Assembly (NCBI GenBank): GCA_902791625.1
Contig: CADAWN010000001.1
Coordinates: forward strand, 35,333 to 99,332
From: an uncultured Erysipelotrichaceae bacterium
Lineage (GTDB): Bacteria; Bacillota_I; Bacilli_A; RF39; UBA660
Direction: 5' to 3'
Length of the DNA stretch: 64,000 nt
The notes beneath the pieces are model-generated. The model had not been told where the DNA came from. It saw nothing but the letters and a program-made list of their open reading frames with translations, and made no database searches. Position numbers and translations under genes: made by a program. This document shows positions 46,099-53,966 of this stretch, piece by piece. Every line of letters starts with the position of its first letter. Position 1 is the stretch's first letter.

Positions 46099-46449
46099 AT
46101 GACACAGAGAGATTTTTACAACGCAATCGCTAACAACACAGAGCTTGCACCTGAGCTTACAGATTTTGCAAAGGAAGCTATCAAGGCACTCAACAAGAAG
46201 AATGAGGCACGCAATAGCAAGGCAAACGCAAAGAAGGCAGAGGTCAATGCACCTATTATTGCCGCTATCCGTGAGGTACTTGCAGACGGCAAGCCGCATT
46301 TTGCAGGTGATGTTGCCACAGCAGTAGAGCAGTCACTCCCAAAGGTTGCCGCACTTGTTAAGACTATGGCAGATGTAGCCGTATCAAAGGCAAAGCCGGA
46401 GGGCGCAAAGGCAAAGAAAACTGTTTACACTCTTGTTGTTGAGCAGTAG
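46099..46449 (+). CDS. Small Lys/Ala-rich protein with a winged-helix-like C-terminus, paralog 1 of 4; ends in TAG
   Basis: Track ORF MTQRDFYNAIANN... The leader contains GGAGAAAGAGG. Tandem promoters lie at about 45826 and 45962. GC content is higher and the codons look optimised (AAG/GCA-rich). Confidence 0.7.
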   Translation: MTQRDFYNAIANNTELAPELTDFAKEAIKALNKKNEARNSKANAKKAEVNAPIIAAIREVLADGKPHFAGDVATAVEQSLPKVAALVKTMADVAVSKAKPEGAKAKKTVYTLVVEQ

Positions 46450-46777
46450 TCAATAAATGGAAACGGTGAACAAAAGTTCGCCGTTTCTTTTTTTCTAATT
46501 AGTTAAAAATTTTAACTATTACGAAATTATGAACATTGCGATAGTTCTATTTATAACAAAAGTATGAACAATACGATAGGTTAATGTCGTATTATTAACA
46601 TAATCTTAACATTTTGTACTGCCGCACTGTTCATATTTTCGCAACATTTTAGCACTTTAAACTACTAAAGTGTTCGTAACCACTTTGTAACCTTTTGTAA
46701 TAATTCTGTAATTGACTTTTATAGTTATATGTTGTATAATACGTATAGAAACTTAAAGAAAGACAGGTGTTCAAAAA

Positions 46778-47440
46778 TTGAATAAGCGTTTGTATATTGT
46801 ACTTGACACGGAAACTACAAACAACATGGATTTTCCTTTTGTTTATGATTTAGGTTTTTCCGTTGTTGACAAAACAGGCAAGGTATATTACAAAAGGTCA
46901 TTTGTAATTTATGATATTTATGTGCTTTGCAAAGACTTAATGAGAACAGCGTACTATGCAAATAAACTCCCACAATATGAAATTGACTTGAAATCTAAAA
47001 AGCGTGAACTTGTTAGATTTTCCACGGCAAGAAAAATTATACTCCAAACAATGAAAAAGTATAATATATATGCAATTATGGCACACAATATGCGTTTTGA
47101 CCTTAATGCACTTAATACCACTTTAAGATATATAACAACATCACAACAGAGGTATTTTTTCCCACAAGGCACAAGACTTTGGTGCACTTTGGCAATGTCA
47201 AGGTCAATTTTCAAAAACAAACCTACATACAAGAGGTATTGTGAAGAAAACGGATACTTGACAAGAAACAAGCAAATAAAACTCACAGCGGAAATTATTT
47301 ACAGGTTTATTACTGGAAATAATGACTTTGTTGAAAATCACACGGGACTTGAAGATGTAATGATAGAAAAGGAAATTTTTTCCTACTTGAAAAGACAGCA
47401 TAAAAAAATGCAGTTGACTTACTGGAAAGAAACGGCATAA
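46778..47440 (+). CDS. DEDDh (DnaQ-like) 3'-5' exonuclease, copy 1
   Basis: The track ORF contains the motifs VLDTETTN, AHNMRFDLNALN and HTGLEDVMIEKEIF (H-x4-D). Confidence 0.75.
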   Translation: MNKRLYIVLDTETTNNMDFPFVYDLGFSVVDKTGKVYYKRSFVIYDIYVLCKDLMRTAYYANKLPQYEIDLKSKKRELVRFSTARKIILQTMKKYNIYAIMAHNMRFDLNALNTTLRYITTSQQRYFFPQGTRLWCTLAMSRSIFKNKPTYKRYCEENGYLTRNKQIKLTAEIIYRFITGNNDFVENHTGLEDVMIEKEIFSYLKRQHKKMQLTYWKETA

Positions 47441-47599
47441 GCCGTTTTTTTCTACCCCTATTTAGTTAAAAGATTTAACCTTTGCCGCAAGTCGCAACGT
47501 TCACAATTTATTCACACTATCGCATTATACATACCCCGTTAATAATTAAAAAATAAAACTAATTCACAAAAACTTAATAAAAAAATTTTCAAAAACCTA

Positions 47600-47628
47600 T
47601 TGACAAATAAATATATATGTACTATAAT
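47600..47628 (+). promoter_or_regulatory. Consensus early promoter, given as an example of the family
   Basis: TTGACA, a 17-nt spacer, TATAAT, then TATATACAGAAAAG. The same layout sits in front of nearly every gene between 36 and 61 kb. Confidence 0.7.
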
Positions 47629-47660
47629 ATATACAGAAAAGAAAAAAGGAGGTTGTCAAT

Positions 47661-48113
47661 ATGGCAATAGAAAAAACAATTAACTTTGATTTAGATGGGA
47701 CTTTAGCAGACCTTTACGGCGTGGAAAATTGGCTTGCATATTTGCAGGCAGGTGATAGTACACCTTATGAAACAGCAAAGCCCCTTGTAAAGATGCAGGT
47801 GCTTGCAAGAATGTTGAATAACAAAAAAAGACAGGGTTTTACAATAAATGTTATATCATGGCTTGCTAAAAATTCAAACCCTGAATATGATGAAAAGGTA
47901 AAAAATGCTAAATTAAATTGGCTGAAAAAACATCTCAAAAGCGTTGAATTTGATAATATATTTATTGTAGAATATGGTACTCCCAAGCAAAATTTGGCAA
48001 AAGGTTTTTTATTCGATGACGAGGTAAATAATAGAATAAACTGGAAGGGTATTGCTTTTGATGTGAATAATATAATAAATGATTTAAAGACATTAACTAA
48101 TTACACCTCCTAA
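47661..48113 (+). CDS. HAD-superfamily phosphatase (5'-nucleotidase-like)
   Basis: The track ORF has N-terminal FDLDGTLAD (the DxDxT motif I) and a late FDDE. Confidence 0.65.
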   Translation: MAIEKTINFDLDGTLADLYGVENWLAYLQAGDSTPYETAKPLVKMQVLARMLNNKKRQGFTINVISWLAKNSNPEYDEKVKNAKLNWLKKHLKSVEFDNIFIVEYGTPKQNLAKGFLFDDEVNNRINWKGIAFDVNNIINDLKTLTNYTS

Positions 48114-48343
48114 ATTATGGAAATGGCGAACAAGTGTTCGTCATTTCTATTTTGTTATTTAGTTAAAAATTTTAACTGCGGCACAGGGTATCGCAATGTT
48201 CACATTTCCGTAACATTTTAACGCTTTAAAGTATTAAAGTAAAACTGTAACTACTTTGTAACTATTCGTAACTAAATTGTAATTGACAAATCAAAAGATA
48301 TATGCTATAATGTATACAGAAAAGAAAAAAGGAGGTTGCTAAT

Positions 48344-48715
48344 ATGGCAAAGTCAGTAAAAACAATGAAAACTGAAAAGAAAAATGAGTACATTGAAAAA
48401 ATTACCAAATTCCTTCTTGAAAATGAGGAGGACGTGGTAAGAACTGGAAGCGGTGAACTTGCTTTTCCTATTGTCCTTGAAAATGGAGATGAATGCTTTA
48501 TTACTCTCAAAGTATCAATACCCACAGGGACAAGAGATGGTGAAGATTATAACGGTTATGCAGTAGCAAACAGTTATAAAATTGACTGCGAAAAATCCGC
48601 AGTAAAAGCGGAAAATGCAAGGAAAGCAAAAGAAAAGAAAATTGCCGCAGACAAAAAACGCCGTGAAAACTCCGCAAAAATTAAAGCGGAGAGAGAAAAG
48701 AGAAAAGAGGGATAA
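48344..48715 (+). CDS. Hypothetical protein with a basic KKIAADKKRRE tail (paralogous to 59353..59772)
   Basis: Track ORF with AAAGGAGGT upstream. It shares its C-terminal motif and overall layout with the minus-strand genes at 59.0-59.8 kb. Confidence 0.65.
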   Translation: MAKSVKTMKTEKKNEYIEKITKFLLENEEDVVRTGSGELAFPIVLENGDECFITLKVSIPTGTRDGEDYNGYAVANSYKIDCEKSAVKAENARKAKEKKIAADKKRRENSAKIKAEREKRKEG

Positions 48716-48880
48716 CCTCTTTTCTTTTTATTTAATTAGTTAAAAATTTTAACTATTGCCGCAAGTCGTATTGTTAATAGTTTCTTAACATTTTTGTACT
48801 GCCGCACTGTTCATACTTTGGTAATAATTAAATCTTTTAATCAATTCACAAAAAGTTAATAAAAAAATTTTCAAAACCTA

Positions 48881-48909
48881 TTGACAAATCGGAAAATCTA
48901 TGTTATACT
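48881..48909 (+). promoter_or_regulatory. Consensus early promoter for paralog 2
   Basis: TTGACA, a 17-nt spacer, then TATACT with a TG extension. Confidence 0.65.
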
Positions 48910-48990
48910 ATATACAGAGTTAAGGGAAAAGCCCTTAAACAATAAAGTAAAGAGAGCCGAACTCAATAAAACGGAGAAAGTAGGTAAATT

Positions 48991-49332
48991 ATGACACAGA
49001 GAGATTTTTACAATGCAATCGTTAAGGCAGATGTAGCACAGGAGTTGAAGGACTATGCAAGCGCACAGGTTCAGGCACTTAACAACAAGAACTCCGCAAG
49101 AAATGTCAAGGCAAGGGCAAAAAAGGCAGATGAAAACAAACCCCTTGTAGCACAGATTAAGACAATCCTTGCAGACGGTCAGGCACATACTTGCTCTGAA
49201 ATTTCCGCAAGCACTGGCGCAAATATTCCTAAGGTATCCTCCCTTATAACCACATATTTCAAGGATACTGTTATAAGAGAAACTGTTAAGGTAGACAAGA
49301 AGAGGGCAGTTGCATATCGCCTTGCACAGTAG
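48991..49332 (+). CDS. Small winged-helix-like protein, paralog 2 of 4; ends in TAG-TAA
   Basis: Track ORF MTQRDFYNAIVKAD... Its leader AGAGAGCCGAACTCAATAAAACGGAGAAAG is conserved. Confidence 0.7.
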   Translation: MTQRDFYNAIVKADVAQELKDYASAQVQALNNKNSARNVKARAKKADENKPLVAQIKTILADGQAHTCSEISASTGANIPKVSSLITTYFKDTVIRETVKVDKKRAVAYRLAQ

Positions 49333-49540
49333 TAAAAATTGGAAAACGGCAGAAATGCCGTTTTTCTTTTCACTTAATTAGTTAAAAATTTTAACTATTG
49401 CCGCGGGTCGTAATGTTCATAATTCCATAATATTTAAAATAAATAACAAATTCACAAAACTTTAATAAAATAACTATTGACTTTTAATATTTTTTATGTT
49501 ATACTGTATATAGAAAATAAAAAGAAAGGTGGTTGCTAAT

Positions 49541-49972
49541 ATGGCAAATATGTATTTTAATGATGATTTTGAGGTATGTTCAATAAGTAAAGACCCTGCG
49601 TATCTTTACATTGATGACGTAGACAAGTTCCTTTATGATTGCGGTGATGGTTACGTTTCTGATGGTGTAGATAAGTCAGGCGTTTATCTATGGAATAACT
49701 ACTATTGTGTATGGGATTTAGCCGACCCTGAAATTGATAAGAAAATTAGAGCATTAGTTGAGGAGATTAACACTCTCCGTCAAGAAAAATCACACCAGGA
49801 TAATAATAAAGTTACTGGGTGGAATATTTCAGTTACTCTTGACTCAGGTTTGTGTGTTAAAATCAATAATGAACCTATTTCAATGGATAAAGTCCCTGAG
49901 ATAATAAATACTCTTCTTAAACCATACTTTTTCGGTAAGAGAATTATAGAATTTGAGATAGTTGCGGAGTAA
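49541..49972 (+). CDS. Hypothetical early protein (143 aa)
   Basis: Track ORF trimmed to the ATG after AAAGGTGGT. Confidence 0.65.
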   Translation: MANMYFNDDFEVCSISKDPAYLYIDDVDKFLYDCGDGYVSDGVDKSGVYLWNNYYCVWDLADPEIDKKIRALVEEINTLRQEKSHQDNNKVTGWNISVTLDSGLCVKINNEPISMDKVPEIINTLLKPYFFGKRIIEFEIVAE

Positions 49973-50158
49973 TCCGCAACTTTTTTATTTTAGAGTTAGT
50001 CATTCCTAACCGACCGTCGCATCATTCACACTTTCGTAACATTTTATAGCGGCGGCACAAAATAACCAAAAATTACTCCTAAACTTTGTGCATTTTGCCA
50101 ATAGACAACCTCTTTAATCTATGCTATAATAAAAATAGAAATTAAGGAGGTTGAACCA

Positions 50159-50790
50159 ATGGCAAAAAAGAAATTCTATATGGTACTTGATACCGAAACG
50201 GCAAACGGACTTGATGACCCTCTTGTTTATGATATAGGTTTTGCAATCATAGACAAAAAAGGTCAAGTCTATCTTGAAAAATCCTTTGTTATTTACGATA
50301 CTTTTGTTTTGATGAAGGACTTAATGCAGACGGCATATTATTCCGAAAAAATCCCACAGTATGAGGATGACTTAAAAAACGGTAAAAGAAAACTTGTTAC
50401 CCTTGCAACCGCACAATCAATAATTGCATATAACCTTAAAAAGTTTAATGTTAGTGCGGTAATTGCCCACAATATGAGATTTGACTATAACGCCCTTAAT
50501 ACAACCCTCCGTTATTTAACTAAATCTCAAAAGCGTTATTTTCTCCCCTATAATACTACAATTTGGTGCAGTCTTGCGATGGCACGAACAACAATAGGCA
50601 AACAAAAAACGTATCAACTTTGGTGTAAAGACTTACTGCCGAAATTCTCTACCGATATATAACAGATAATAACGATTTTATCGAAAGCCATACAGGACTG
50701 GAGGACGTTCTTATCGAAAAGGAAATTTTTGCACATTGTATTCGTCAACACAAGAAAATGCAACGCACATACTGGAAGGAAACGGCATAA
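50159..50790 (+). pseudogene. DEDDh exonuclease copy 2, disrupted by a frame-shifting internal deletion
   Basis: Residues 1-160 align with copy 1. After LWCK the frame breaks (stop at 50660-50662). The rest (RLTAEILYRYITDNNDFIESHTGLEDVLIEKEIF..WKETA) continues in another frame to TAA at 50788-50790. About 34 nt are missing relative to copy 1. Confidence 0.6.
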
Positions 50791-50975
50791 GCCGTTTTCT
50801 TTTTTATTTAATTAGTTAAATTTTTTAACTGCGGCACAAGGTGTCGCATTGTTCACAGTTCAGTAATAATTAAATCTTTTTACTAATTAACAAAAACTTT
50901 AAAAAATAACTGTTGACATTTAATAAAATCTATGCTATACTGTATATAGAAAATAAAAAGAAAGAAGGTTTTAAA

Positions 50976-51167
50976 ATGGCAACTTTTACAGTACGTTTTA
51001 TCCAGGAGTATACCTACGAGGTGGAGGCAAATGATGTTGATGAGGCAATAGATAACGCCGAGGAAGAGTTTAGTTTTGATATGTGTTCACCAATAGCCAA
51101 TACTACATGGGACGAAATGATAGTAGAAGATGAAGATGGAGAAGAAGTCGCACATGGATATATGTAA
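50976..51167 (+). CDS. Hypothetical acidic protein (63 aa)
   Basis: ATG follows AAGAAGGT. The upstream part of the track ORF is promoter DNA. Confidence 0.6.
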   Translation: MATFTVRFIQEYTYEVEANDVDEAIDNAEEEFSFDMCSPIANTTWDEMIVEDEDGEEVAHGYM

Positions 51168-51182
51168 AGGAGGTTAAAAATA

Positions 51183-51416
51183 ATGAATATTATTACTGCA
51201 CCAAGATACCAAGATTTTAGCGGACATATCCATAAAACAAAAGAGGATTGTGTAAATGCAGAAAAGAATTTTAAAGAAAATATTATTCAGACATTTAAAG
51301 AATTGGCAAAAGGTTGTAGAAATCAAAAAAATTGTAAAGATTGTCCTTTTCAACATGAAATTAAATGTTTTTTTGGTGAAACAACAGGTGAACTTCCAAT
51401 ACACTGGGATATTTAA
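51183..51416 (+). CDS. Cys-rich small protein (77 aa), paralog of 51810..52064
   Basis: Track ORF with AAAGGAGGT upstream. It shares the blocks PRYxDFxGxIxxTxxxCxNAExNF..FxELAKGC. Confidence 0.65.
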   Translation: MNIITAPRYQDFSGHIHKTKEDCVNAEKNFKENIIQTFKELAKGCRNQKNCKDCPFQHEIKCFFGETTGELPIHWDI

Positions 51417-51609
51417 GAAGGGGATACCCCTTCTTTTTTTTATTTTAATTAGTTAAAAAATTTAACTGCGGCGCAAGGTGTCGCGGCATTCATATTCTCT
51501 TAATAATTAAAACAACTAACTAATTAATAAAAATTTAATTTTATTTCTATTGACTTTTAATAAAAACTATGTTATAATAAATATAGAAAATAAAGAGGAG
51601 GTAGTCCAA

Positions 51610-51804
51610 ATGCTAACTATTAGAGATTTAATCTGTCAAGGTGCCGACCTTGATATGCCAATCTGTGTATTGGCACGAACTCATGATGAAAAAGGTAACT
51701 GCACAGGCGTATACTATTCTTATGCTGAAATACCATCGGACAATTTCACAATTGTAGATGGTATACTCACTATAATGACAGATGTTAATGATGTAGGAGG
51801 TTAA
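51610..51804 (+). CDS. Hypothetical protein (64 aa)
   Basis: ATG follows GAGGAGGT. The upstream part of the track ORF is promoter DNA. Confidence 0.6.
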   Translation: MLTIRDLICQGADLDMPICVLARTHDEKGNCTGVYYSYAEIPSDNFTIVDGILTIMTDVNDVGG

Positions 51805-51809
51805 AAACA

Positions 51810-52064
51810 ATGAGAGTAATCAATGAACCAAGATACGAAGATTTTAAAGGAAAAATCTACAGGACACAAAAAGAGTGTATAAACGCAGAAAACAACTTTG
51901 TAGAAGATGTTTTCCAGTTGTTTGAAGAATTGGCAAAAGGTTGCGGAAAATATGGAGCCGAGTGCAATGGTTGTCCCTTTTATGATAATAACTTAGATTA
52001 TTGTTCTATTCAAGCAACAACAGGCGATGCACCAGCAAATTGGATATTTAAAGAAGGGGAATAA
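51810..52064 (+). CDS. Cys-rich small protein (84 aa), paralog of 51183..51416
   Basis: Track ORF with GGAGGT upstream. Confidence 0.65.
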   Translation: MRVINEPRYEDFKGKIYRTQKECINAENNFVEDVFQLFEELAKGCGKYGAECNGCPFYDNNLDYCSIQATTGDAPANWIFKEGE

Positions 52065-52276
52065 TCCCCTTTTTTATTTATTTAATTAGTTAAAAATTTT
52101 AACTTTCTTGCTCTGTCGCAACGTTCACAAATCCTTAACATATTACAAAACTATGAACATAGCGTCCGTCCATTTGGTTAAAACATTTAACTAATTAACA
52201 AATCCTTAACATCTCCCATGATCGAACATACGTTCGCCTCCACCATTGCATAATCTATCTATCCCCCTTCCATAAT

Positions 52277-52397
52277 CGAGCTGCAGCTGTCGAGCTACAA
52301 TCGAGCTACAGTTCCATGCGAGCTGCAAGCTGCGGCAATCAACGAGCTGGGGCGGCACTTTAGTTAAAATTTTTAACTAATTCTCCAGAATCGAGCT
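52277..52397 (+). repeat. Six CGAGCT(R)CA repeats where the two transcription blocks converge
   Basis: CGAGCT occurs at 52277, 52291, 52302, 52319, 52343 and 52392. Confidence 0.8.
52360..52380. repeat. Perfect copy of the 21-bp palindrome TTAGTTAAAATTTTTAACTAA
   Basis: Read directly from the sequence. At least 17 further near-copies lie between 40.7 and 54.5 kb and are listed in the findings. Confidence 0.85.
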
Positions 52398-52408
52398 GCA
52401 ATAAAAAA

Positions 52409-52435
52409 GATTGACTTTATAAAATAAAGCCAATC
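52409..52435. terminator. Bidirectional hairpin terminator between the convergent blocks
   Basis: GATTGaCTTTAT-aaa-ATAAAGcCAATC, flanked by A/T runs. Confidence 0.55.
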
Positions 52436-52465
52436 ATTAATATTTTACTCAAAAAATTCTACTAT

Positions 52466-53224
52466 CTAATTATTTAACAAATCATTCTTTAAGTCCTCAG
52501 AAATCTTTTGTCCCTCTGTATTCAAATACTTAACCGCTTCTCCGCCATTGGTATAATAATTAACTGACTTTAATTCAAATACACTTACTTTTGTACCCAA
52601 ATTAGTCGTTTCAATTGTAATTGTATAGTCTATTAAATCAAGTTTTTTAAGCCATATTAGCCCATTAATAATAGCTCTATTATTATCTCTATCTTTACTA
52701 AGTTTTAAAAGACCCCTTAAGTCTGCAATTGTAAATACCCTATCACAAGAACTCATATAACAAAAACGTTCTTGCATTTCTGCTAATAATAAATATAGTT
52801 TCAATTCCTACTCAGAAACGGCATAGTCATACTAAATTCTATTTAGTGTTTCTCGCGGCATAATACGATAAGGAGTTGCCTTTGGAATACTGTAGTAAGT
52901 CGCACCATCTTTCTTACGTAACATAAATTCTTTATCCCAAGTTAGGTCTAAGTGCCGCGGCCCTTCGTATTTTATTAAACCATGTTGTTCCAATAGATTC
53001 CAGTACTTTTTAATAGTATTTGGATGCATATGTAATATTTCTTTTATTTTATTAACAGTAAAGTCTTTATGTGAGAATACTCTAGGTTTATTCTTTCCAT
53101 TAAAAGTTGAAATTGAAACCAAGTATACATATAATCGCATTGAATTCCTTTGTACTTCAACTTCATCTGAAACAATCGGTAAGTTTTCTCCTGTGGCTTT
53201 TAACTGTTTTTCATTATTACGCAT
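52466..53224 (-). CDS. Replication-initiator-like protein (two winged-helix-like halves) joined across two in-frame TAGs
   Basis: Track ORFs 52832..53233 and 52466..52804 are in the same frame. They are separated only by TAG-YDYAVSE-TAG (TAGs at 52832-52834 and 52808-52810). The second half has no usable RBS. ATG at 53224 follows AGGAGGTGA, and iterons lie immediately upstream. Confidence 0.5.
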
Positions 53225-53323
53225 AAATATCACCTCCTATTATATAAGTAGGATTGAAAGACTTTTTCTCTAAAAAAATCTACACCGATTAAGATTTTAC
53301 TATAATGTTTTATTCATCTTCAT

Positions 53324-53421
53324 TTTTCCTTACTGAATCTTCACTTTTCCTTACTAATTTATCAGTTTTCCTTACTGAGTTTATCAATTTTCCTTACTGA
53401 ATCTTCACTTTTCCTTACTGA
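53324..53421. repeat. Five iterons TTTTCCTTACTGA at 21-22 bp spacing
   Basis: Copies start at 53324, 53345, 53366, 53388 and 53409. Confidence 0.85.
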
Positions 53422-53589
53422 AATCGGCTTACATATAATAGATTACTCTTTTACGAAAGAGTAAGCAGAAAAGTTGTCCTTTGTCGGCCTAAAGGACCAA
53501 AGGCCGCTCGCCACTTCGTGGCTCACTTCAAATCAAAAGATAGAATAACTAGGATTAAGGATAGGGGTATTTATTTTATTTAAAAAGTT

Positions 53590-53697
53590 AGAACCCCTAT
53601 TTATTATACCCCGTTTTATTATAACCCCTATTTATTAGAACCCCTATTTACTTTGAGGTAACTAAAATTTACTATGGGTAACTAAAATTTACTATGG
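53590..53697. repeat. Additional origin-region repeats: (A/G)ACCCCTATTTA x3-4 and GGTAACTAAAATTTACTATGG x2
   Basis: Read directly from the sequence. The tandem 21-mers are at 53657-53677 and 53677-53697. Confidence 0.8.
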
Positions 53698-53903
53698 ACT
53701 TAACTAATTTTTACTTTGTGCCGCCCTCCATAAGTCAAAACCAAGCGACCCCTTATTCCTAACAACCCCTATGTTTTGTCTGGGATAATGGGCCGCGGCG
53801 CAGCGTAATTCCAAAGCGGGGCGGCAAATTAGTTAAAATTTTTAACAAAATACCCTCCCCTATTACAAAACCTCTTTAGTTAAAAATTTTAACAAATTCA
53901 GTA

Positions 53904-53933
53904 ATAAAAAAAAGAGATACCTTTCGGTATCCC
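53904..53933 (-). terminator. Intrinsic terminator after paralog 3
   Basis: On the minus strand, GGGATACCGAAAGGTATC is followed by TCTTTTTTTT. Confidence 0.7.
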
Positions 53934-53966
53934 TTTCTTCGTTACTCTTAGTCATTATCCTTTGCC

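Noticed and set aside
46075-49373. The antisense or alternative-frame ORFs over the winged-helix paralogs and early genes could be real. These include 46075..46299, 46116..46319, 46145..46327, 46954..47286, 47204..47401, 47765..47986, 48262..48525, 48898..49188, 49179..49373, 54033..54264 and 60083..60322.
   Set aside because: These are shadows of the GC-richer sense genes. They have no start signals, and the sense genes have promoter, RBS, terminator and paralog support.
50630-50662. Programmed ribosomal frameshifting could rejoin the two halves of exonuclease copy 2.
   Set aside because: No X-XXY-YYZ slippery site or downstream structure is evident. About 34 nt are simply missing compared with copy 1. 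Only read-level data can exclude an assembly error.
36340-52160. The GAAC-containing intergenic boxes could be LexA/Cheo SOS boxes.
   Set aside because: The Cheo box needs GAAC-N4-GTTC dyad symmetry. These boxes read GAACnTTGCGAYAG and have no second GTTC half-site.
53324-53421. The regularly spaced direct repeats could be a CRISPR array.
   Set aside because: The period is only 21-22 bp, with 8-9 bp between the 13-bp repeats, so there are no spacer-sized unique segments. No cas genes are present. The position upstream of an initiator-like gene fits iterons.
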